From positions 620,001 through 684,000 of the forward strand of contig CP120462.1 of assembly GCA_034226945.1 (NCBI GenBank): 64,000 nt of DNA, in the 5' to 3' direction. The position numbers were made by a program, and so were the translations under genes. The stretch is from Picochlorum sp. SENEW3. Its lineage: Eukaryota. The notes under the pieces are model-generated. The model did not search any database, was not told the DNA's origin, and saw only the letters and a list, made by a program, of their open reading frames with translations. Of this stretch, positions 58,066 through 64,000 are shown in pieces (positions within the stretch are counted from its first letter, which is position 1; every line of letters begins with the position of its first letter).

Positions 58066-61000
58066 TTAGGATAAGTCAAATCCTGCATCCGATCGAATGG
58101 CGTAGAGTAATTTTTCTCGCATTATTTTCTCCCTCATATATGGAGGTAATCGAAGGGTGTTTGAGCATGTCGATGCTGATGGGAGACGCTCCTTCGATCC
58201 ACCAAAGAGCCCCATGGCAGGGTGGACCAGATCTGAGACAGCTTGTTGGATTGTGAATGGAGGATTCATGTACTTGAAGCCTCCAAGGGGTGCTGCAGTT
58301 GTCGCTGTGGCAAATTTCAATAGCTGTCTAATAGTTTCCTGGTCCATAGAGGCGACAACTTTCCAGAATAATTTGATGGGCCTTGATGTGTCGGTGTAAC
58401 CCCCGGTGAATCTGCAATACTTTTTCAAGTCCTGAATATCAATGTGGCCATCTTTTCCTCCCCCGAAAAGCATGTTTATTTCTTTTGGACTGAATATACA
58501 AAGCCATGATGGGGGAAAGATGGCCGAGAGGCCTTTCATGAAGGCTTTGGAAGCCGTGTCTAAGCGTTTTCTGAGGTGCCAGTCAGCCAAGAGGGATATG
58601 TAGCGTACCCTGTTCTCATAAGTCACCATTTCTTGACTTCCATTCGGTATCAGCTCTTCTTCAACATGAGAACCTAGAATATCCATCTCGGCCGTAAAAT
58701 AAAGCCCCAAATTATCCACAACCTCTCGAGGGTATTGTTTCAACTGCAACAGATTTCTATACAATTGTGGATCCAGCGATTCTAAATCGTCAACGCTCGG
58801 CATGTTTCCCAACAAGCGCCCAATGAAAAATGTGGCGAAAGGGACTTGTATCAAAAAGTTTTCGTAGAGAGCTTTTCCGAGCAAAGCGCCTGCCAATTGA
58901 AGCAGCTCGAGTGCACCGTCCTCACCAAGAGCTGATGATGCCAGTGGGGATGGGTATAATGATCCATCCCGAGAAGTGGCGCACAGTATTCCTCGATTTG
59001 GATCGCAGATTTCCTTCATTGCAAGAGTGAGCAATTCTTTAGTCAGCCCACCCATATCTATACCGGCCTCCTGGAGTCCATCTTTGGAAATAAATGTCAC
59101 GCTGAGAGGACGCTTCAACAAACCCAAGTTACTTCCCCCCACTTGCGACAACATATCTTCTAGCAATCTACTTCTATGTACAGATATTCTCACTGGTGGT
59201 GTTCCACCTTGTGCTGGGGAAAGGTGGTATCCTCTTGCAGTTCTATCTGCGGACACAAGGCCTGTTCTAAAAATGTCCACCCTGGCTGAAAATGCAACGC
59301 TTGATGGCGCGACAAACAGCAGCGAGAGAATGCCGGGAAGATCTCCACGGTGGTCATTCACTTCCATATTTTCAAACGCATTCAAAATACTTTTGGAGTC
59401 CAGGCCGTTGCCATGCCTTTTGCGTATGGCCTCCTTGTATGGAAGAACCCACATGTCTGAATCACAGAAAGCACATCTCTCATTCTTCTCAAACAAAGTT
59501 CTAATAAGCGCGCTGATTGCACTTTTCATATCTGGTATGAACCGAACATCATGCGTATCAAGTTCCTCCCTATAGTGGCCAATATCCTGATCAGAAGGGA
59601 CGAATGTGTAAAACAGCATCCCATTCATGGCTGCAGCAATAGCTCTATGATGTCCTAGAGTAAGCACAGGAGATCCACGAAACTCTGTATCATCAATATA
59701 GCGTATATAATCACTATATGCTGATGTAAAGATATAAAATAATGCCCTCATTTCGCGAGCAATCGAGCGCAAGCTTCTCTCAACCAGAGGCATGTTGGTG
59801 ACCGTCTGACTCTGGACAAGTTCAGGGACACCCAACTGAGGTGATATCTCTCTCCATAATGATAGAAGAATACCTGGATCACAAGATATATACCCTAAAA
59901 TACTATTCCCTGGAGCAAGAGCGCATGTAATATTGTAATACAAGCCGACAAAGTCATGAATGGCTGGAAATCCTGTATAAAACATCTTCACTGTGGAGCC
60001 CAAGCGCAACTGATCAAAATCATGCTCTGTCAAGGCCATATCACCTTGCCTTATGCGTCGGGATACAGTAGAAAAGAATGATACAAATATTGGATCATGT
60101 AAATTGGTCATGACGCATTCTCTCAGAGCAGCCTTCACTGCTAGTGTGAAATTCATCAGCACGTGAGCACAGCCTGTGGTGGACTCACAATCAACCATGC
60201 CATTGCATACCACGGATGCAATACTCCTTAACAAAGGAAGATGCACCATAGAAGACATTATTTTGGCACTGTATTGTAGAATTCTGGGTATCACCAAAAT
60301 ATGTTCAACAAATGCCGCTGTGCAAGCATTCTCCATGTTCCCCTCCTGAGAAGTACAAACATGTATCTGACTCTGACAAGCATTTGCAACTGCCGTCTTC
60401 ACTAATGTATCATTTTCCAATCTTTTTGAAGACTGTATAATCTTCCAAAAACGTGCCGTGGCAGTAGCAACACAGGGTTTCGAGACCCACCATTCCATGA
60501 GTGTAGCAAAAATGACAGATCCCTCCACTCGCCGCCCAGACCGAGTTTCAAGGCTGCACGCCTGCGCCCAAAACTTCGCATCCGATAAAACAAATAGTAT
60601 ACGTGCAGCTGCACAGCGAGCCACCATTGATGATGAATCCCCATCTACACCCTCCAAACTCCCTAGAATGCCAGAGCACAGCAACACCATTTTCTTGGTG
60701 CAGTGCAACAAATCATCCACATAGTTTTGCAAATCCTCTTCGGTGGCAATATCATGCAATGAATACAAGGATACATCATCTCCTGTATATGCTATCTGTT
60801 TATGGAATAATCCAAGGAATATACACAAATTCTGTTCCGCAGATTCAGCCAAGTACATCTCAGCACTACACCGATCAGGGTCCCGATAATCAAAGGGTAG
60901 ATACAGAGCAAAAACCAGAGGACAAATCGAGTACAGCATCTCGTCAAGCTGCATCGCTCGATCAGCAACAGAGCTCAGCGCGTCGTCAAGGCGAGCATGA

Positions 61001-61236
61001 AGTTGAGACTTTAATTCCTGCCTCACTCTCCAAGCTCGAAAAGCCTTTTGAACTTGTATCGCTGCTCTCGGCAACATTCTCTCGTATTTACGCTTCTCCC
61101 TGTCCTCTTTGACCTGTTGGAGAACCTCATTTCTACTATCTTCAGCCCTTGAAGCACCTCGTAAGCCTCGCAGACCACTACTGGTGGAAGCAGAGCTACC
61201 CCTGTGCAGGGAGAGAGAAAAGTCGACGCCATCCAT
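58066..61236 (-). CDS. HECT E3 ubiquitin ligase with IQ motif (UBE3B/C, UPL6/7-like)
   Basis: AAIQVQKAFRAWR (IQ), EAGIDMGGLTKE, LGKALYE, RLPSASTCSNTLRLPPY, GFDLS. Confidence 0.93.
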   Translation of the reverse strand: MDGVDFSLSLHRGSSASTSSGLRGLRGASRAEDSRNEVLQQVKEDREKRKYERMLPRAAIQVQKAFRAWRVRQELKSQLHARLDDALSSVADRAMQLDEMLYSICPLVFALYLPFDYRDPDRCSAEMYLAESAEQNLCIFLGLFHKQIAYTGDDVSLYSLHDIATEEDLQNYVDDLLHCTKKMVLLCSGILGSLEGVDGDSSSMVARCAAARILFVLSDAKFWAQACSLETRSGRRVEGSVIFATLMEWWVSKPCVATATARFWKIIQSSKRLENDTLVKTAVANACQSQIHVCTSQEGNMENACTAAFVEHILVIPRILQYSAKIMSSMVHLPLLRSIASVVCNGMVDCESTTGCAHVLMNFTLAVKAALRECVMTNLHDPIFVSFFSTVSRRIRQGDMALTEHDFDQLRLGSTVKMFYTGFPAIHDFVGLYYNITCALAPGNSILGYISCDPGILLSLWREISPQLGVPELVQSQTVTNMPLVERSLRSIAREMRALFYIFTSAYSDYIRYIDDTEFRGSPVLTLGHHRAIAAAMNGMLFYTFVPSDQDIGHYREELDTHDVRFIPDMKSAISALIRTLFEKNERCAFCDSDMWVLPYKEAIRKRHGNGLDSKSILNAFENMEVNDHRGDLPGILSLLFVAPSSVAFSARVDIFRTGLVSADRTARGYHLSPAQGGTPPVRISVHRSRLLEDMLSQVGGSNLGLLKRPLSVTFISKDGLQEAGIDMGGLTKELLTLAMKEICDPNRGILCATSRDGSLYPSPLASSALGEDGALELLQLAGALLGKALYENFLIQVPFATFFIGRLLGNMPSVDDLESLDPQLYRNLLQLKQYPREVVDNLGLYFTAEMDILGSHVEEELIPNGSQEMVTYENRVRYISLLADWHLRKRLDTASKAFMKGLSAIFPPSWLCIFSPKEINMLFGGGKDGHIDIQDLKKYCRFTGGYTDTSRPIKLFWKVVASMDQETIRQLLKFATATTAAPLGGFKYMNPPFTIQQAVSDLVHPAMGLFGGSKERLPSASTCSNTLRLPPYMREKIMREKLLYAIRSDAGFDLS

Positions 61237-61490
61237 TGCTCGTCAGAGCTTCTTCTTTGCAGACACCCAATAATTACACAGGGTTCATCAGACATTTGTT
61301 CATATTTGTACTGCCACACCCAGGGGATTCATCCAGGGTTCTTCATTTTCTCTTTTTAAGATGCGTGATTCGAATTCGAACGGGTCAAGCGGTGGTCCGC
61401 CACATGTGGCATATGTACATATGGGTCAAGTAAAGTGAATTCCCATTACATGTTTCAGAAACGAATCGTAGTTGTCAGTGTTGTATTTAA

Positions 61491-63107
61491 ATGCTCCAAT
61501 CGAGGCTCTTGGCTCGTTCGACTGCTGCGAGATTGTCATTGTCACATTCAAGGCGTTTGAGGATCCAAAGAACCATGGCGACAGCATCTGTGGATGTAAC
61601 GAAAGAATATGAAGCCCTGGTGTCCAAACTAAAGGATTGCTCGGCTCTGGCTGGGATCTCGGGACTTCTTGGTTGGGATGAGATGGTTCAGCTCCCAAAG
61701 AATGCTGCTCAGGCACGAGCTGCCCAGAAGGCTGCCCTGGCTGGGGTGATTCACGAGAGATCTGTGGATCCAGAGATTGGGAGATTGCTGGATACCTTGG
61801 AAACGTCCGACTTGTCTTCTCTTGACGAATTTGCCTTGGCAAACATTCGCGAAACTCGACGAGACTACAAGAAGAGCACAGCTGTGACGGAAGACCTTGT
61901 TCGCCGTGAAGCAGCATTGGAATCCAAAGGGTATTTGCAATGGGTGACTGCGAGGGAGCAAAATGATTTTCAGCAGTTTGCTCCTGTATTGAATGAATGG
62001 ATTGAAATCCGAAAGGAGAGGGCCGCCATGGTGGATGCTTCAAAGCCTGCATATGATGTTTTGGCAGACGACTACTCTGCTGGGCTCACGGCTGCCAGAA
62101 TTACCGAAATTTTTGACGAGGTGAAGAAAGGCTTGATTCCTTTCTTGGCAGAAATTAGAGAAAAAGGTACAGAACCAGATAACTCATGGCTCCAAGGTGA
62201 ATTTGATATTGATGCACAGGCTGAACTATGCAAAGAGATTGCTGTGGCTATTGGGTTTGATTTGGACAAGGGAAGACTTGATGTATCAGTACACCCTTTC
62301 ACTGGTGGAGCGCATCCTACAGATGTTCGTATGACGACACGTTTTAAGAAGGATGATGTCACAGAAGGTTTGACAGGGGCGATCCACGAAACAGGTCATG
62401 CATTGTATGAACAGGGAAGGAATCTCAAGTATGACGGTCTTCCGGTGAACTCAGCAGCCGGAATGGCCATCCATGAGAGCCAGAGTCTACTGTGGGAGAG
62501 AATGGTGGCATTATCCCAACCTTTTGCTGCTTATTTGTTGCCCAAATTACATACATCATTCCCCGGTGCCTTTCCAGAGTCCAAAACACCAGAAGACTTG
62601 TATAGAGCCTTGAACGTGGTGAAAAAGGAAAGCTTTATTCGAGTTGAATCAGACGAAGTCACCTACCCAATGCACATCATCCTCAGATTTGAAATTGAAA
62701 AAGCTCTGGTGGAAGGCGAGTTGCAAGTGGAGGATATTCCAAGTGTATGGAATTCAAAAATGCAGCAGTACCTTGGCGTCACCCCCGCCTCGGACGCCCA
62801 GGGATGCCTCCAAGACGTCCATTGGTCAGCTGGGCTCTTTGGGTACTTCCCAACGTACACGTTAGGTGCCATGTCTGCTGTCCAGATTTTTGAAACTGCC
62901 AAGCAGCAGATACCTGATCTTGATTCGCAGATTAAGAATGGAAACTTCAAACCTTTGCGAGAATGGTTGAATGAGAATATCCATTCCTTGGGTAGTTTGT
63001 ATCCTACTGCAGACGATCTTCTGACAAAGGTGACAGGGAAGCCATTGGATCCACAAATCTTCCTCAATTACTTGAAGGAGAAATACACTGCCATTTATAA
63101 ACTGTAA
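61491..63107 (+). CDS. M32 carboxypeptidase (carboxypeptidase Taq family) with organellar presequence
   Basis: HPF, DVRMTTR, HETGHALYEQG, HESQS, IRVESDE, GCLQDVHWS..GYFPTYTLG. Confidence 0.95.
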   Translation: MLQSRLLARSTAARLSLSHSRRLRIQRTMATASVDVTKEYEALVSKLKDCSALAGISGLLGWDEMVQLPKNAAQARAAQKAALAGVIHERSVDPEIGRLLDTLETSDLSSLDEFALANIRETRRDYKKSTAVTEDLVRREAALESKGYLQWVTAREQNDFQQFAPVLNEWIEIRKERAAMVDASKPAYDVLADDYSAGLTAARITEIFDEVKKGLIPFLAEIREKGTEPDNSWLQGEFDIDAQAELCKEIAVAIGFDLDKGRLDVSVHPFTGGAHPTDVRMTTRFKKDDVTEGLTGAIHETGHALYEQGRNLKYDGLPVNSAAGMAIHESQSLLWERMVALSQPFAAYLLPKLHTSFPGAFPESKTPEDLYRALNVVKKESFIRVESDEVTYPMHIILRFEIEKALVEGELQVEDIPSVWNSKMQQYLGVTPASDAQGCLQDVHWSAGLFGYFPTYTLGAMSAVQIFETAKQQIPDLDSQIKNGNFKPLREWLNENIHSLGSLYPTADDLLTKVTGKPLDPQIFLNYLKEKYTAIYKL

Positions 63108-63216
63108 GGGCTTGTCAAGTCAATTGTGGGATTTGTATTTAATGCCGAATACATTGTAACAATCCAATGCAGGGATATTTCCTTCAATCCAAAACCAATC
63201 AAATCTTGCATATGTT

Positions 63217-63999
63217 CTACGTACGTTTTTGTAACATCGCTGCGACATCATACCCCGTTCCTGTGCCCTTATCCAGCTGCGTCACCCTCCCAGGCCCCAC
63301 TTTCTTCAACAGTACCAAGGCTGCGCGTGGAGCAAGTTGCATCAAGTATCCCATGAACAAAACAGGATGCCTTGTGATCCAACAATCATTCACCTTATGA
63401 TACACTGCCCGTAACACGAGTTCAGTAACTGTATCAATTGAGACTCTCTTACTACTTGCACTCGTATTCTTCTGTTCCATCAACCCATCTTTTCCAAACA
63501 CCATTCTAGGCTGAGCATTCTCCCCCACATCAATAGGCCCAGGATTCACAACAGTCACTTCAATCCCCCTTGATGACAGCTCCGTCGCCATGGATAAAAA
63601 GTAAGCTTTCACAGCACTTTTTGCAGCAGCATACACCGCCTGACCTGGTGATGGAACCGCAGATGCCATGCTTGCAATCACCACATGGTGCCCACCCCGC
63701 CTCTCCAGCATATACGGCAAACTCGCTCTCGCCACAGCCATCTGACCAATCACATTCATACGAAGTAGAATCTCAGCAACCTCATGGCTTGTTTCTTCAA
63801 CCGGCCCATGCTGACTCGCCCCTGCATTATATACGATATAGTCCACGTGTCCAAATGCTGCAAACGCTTCTTCGGCAACCTTTTTAATCCTAGCATATGA
63901 ATCCGTGATATCAAACGGCAGCACCGCGACATCATCCTCTCCTACATACCTACAGCACTCAAGCTTCACACTCATCAGACTCGTCTCGCGCCGAGATGA
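63217..63999 (-). CDS. Short-chain dehydrogenase/reductase (DHRS7-like), 5'-truncated by window edge
   Basis: SSRRETSL.., VDYIVYNAG, catalytic YAAAK, VTVVNPGPI. Confidence 0.88.
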   Translation of the reverse strand, partial: SSRRETSLMSVKLECCRYVGEDDVAVLPFDITDSYARIKKVAEEAFAAFGHVDYIVYNAGASQHGPVEETSHEVAEILLRMNVIGQMAVARASLPYMLERRGGHHVVIASMASAVPSPGQAVYAAAKSAVKAYFLSMATELSSRGIEVTVVNPGPIDVGENAQPRMVFGKDGLMEQKNTSASSKRVSIDTVTELVLRAVYHKVNDCWITRHPVLFMGYLMQLAPRAALVLLKKVGPGRVTQLDKGTGTGYDVAAMLQKRT

Positions 64000-64000
64000 C

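Overview
This is eukaryotic nuclear DNA from a very gene-dense genome. About 35 protein-coding genes have short GT..AG introns (GTATGT/GTGCGT/GTACGT donors), TGTAA poly(A)-type signals and several gaps under 30 nt. Plastid-targeted proteins (violaxanthin de-epoxidase, PsbP-like, plastid S6, CPS large chain) point to a green alga, probably a compact-genome trebouxiophyte such as Picochlorum (inference, not a database result). Most genes are housekeeping: (6-4) photolyase, ARP6, RPL23A, TRAPPC5, carB, DPH5, SLU7, WRAP73, UCH, gamma-SNAP, CHD remodeler, HECT ligase, M20/M32 peptidases. I saw no tRNA, rRNA, CRISPR array or intact transposon. Most unusual: (1) a divergent histone H4 fused to a CDK-site-rich linker and a probable C-terminal winged helix; (2) clusters of sequence-unrelated perfect 12-20 bp palindromes upstream of genes; (3) a J-domain/enoyl-reductase fusion, a COG0523 protein lacking CxCC, and a membrane GPX that has lost catalytic residues; (4) same-strand genes 16-21 nt apart (candidate bicistrons); (5) long structured introns; (6) a 2.6 kb gene-free island beside a secreted Cys-rich protein. 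Exon boundaries were inferred by eye from splice signals and reading frames.
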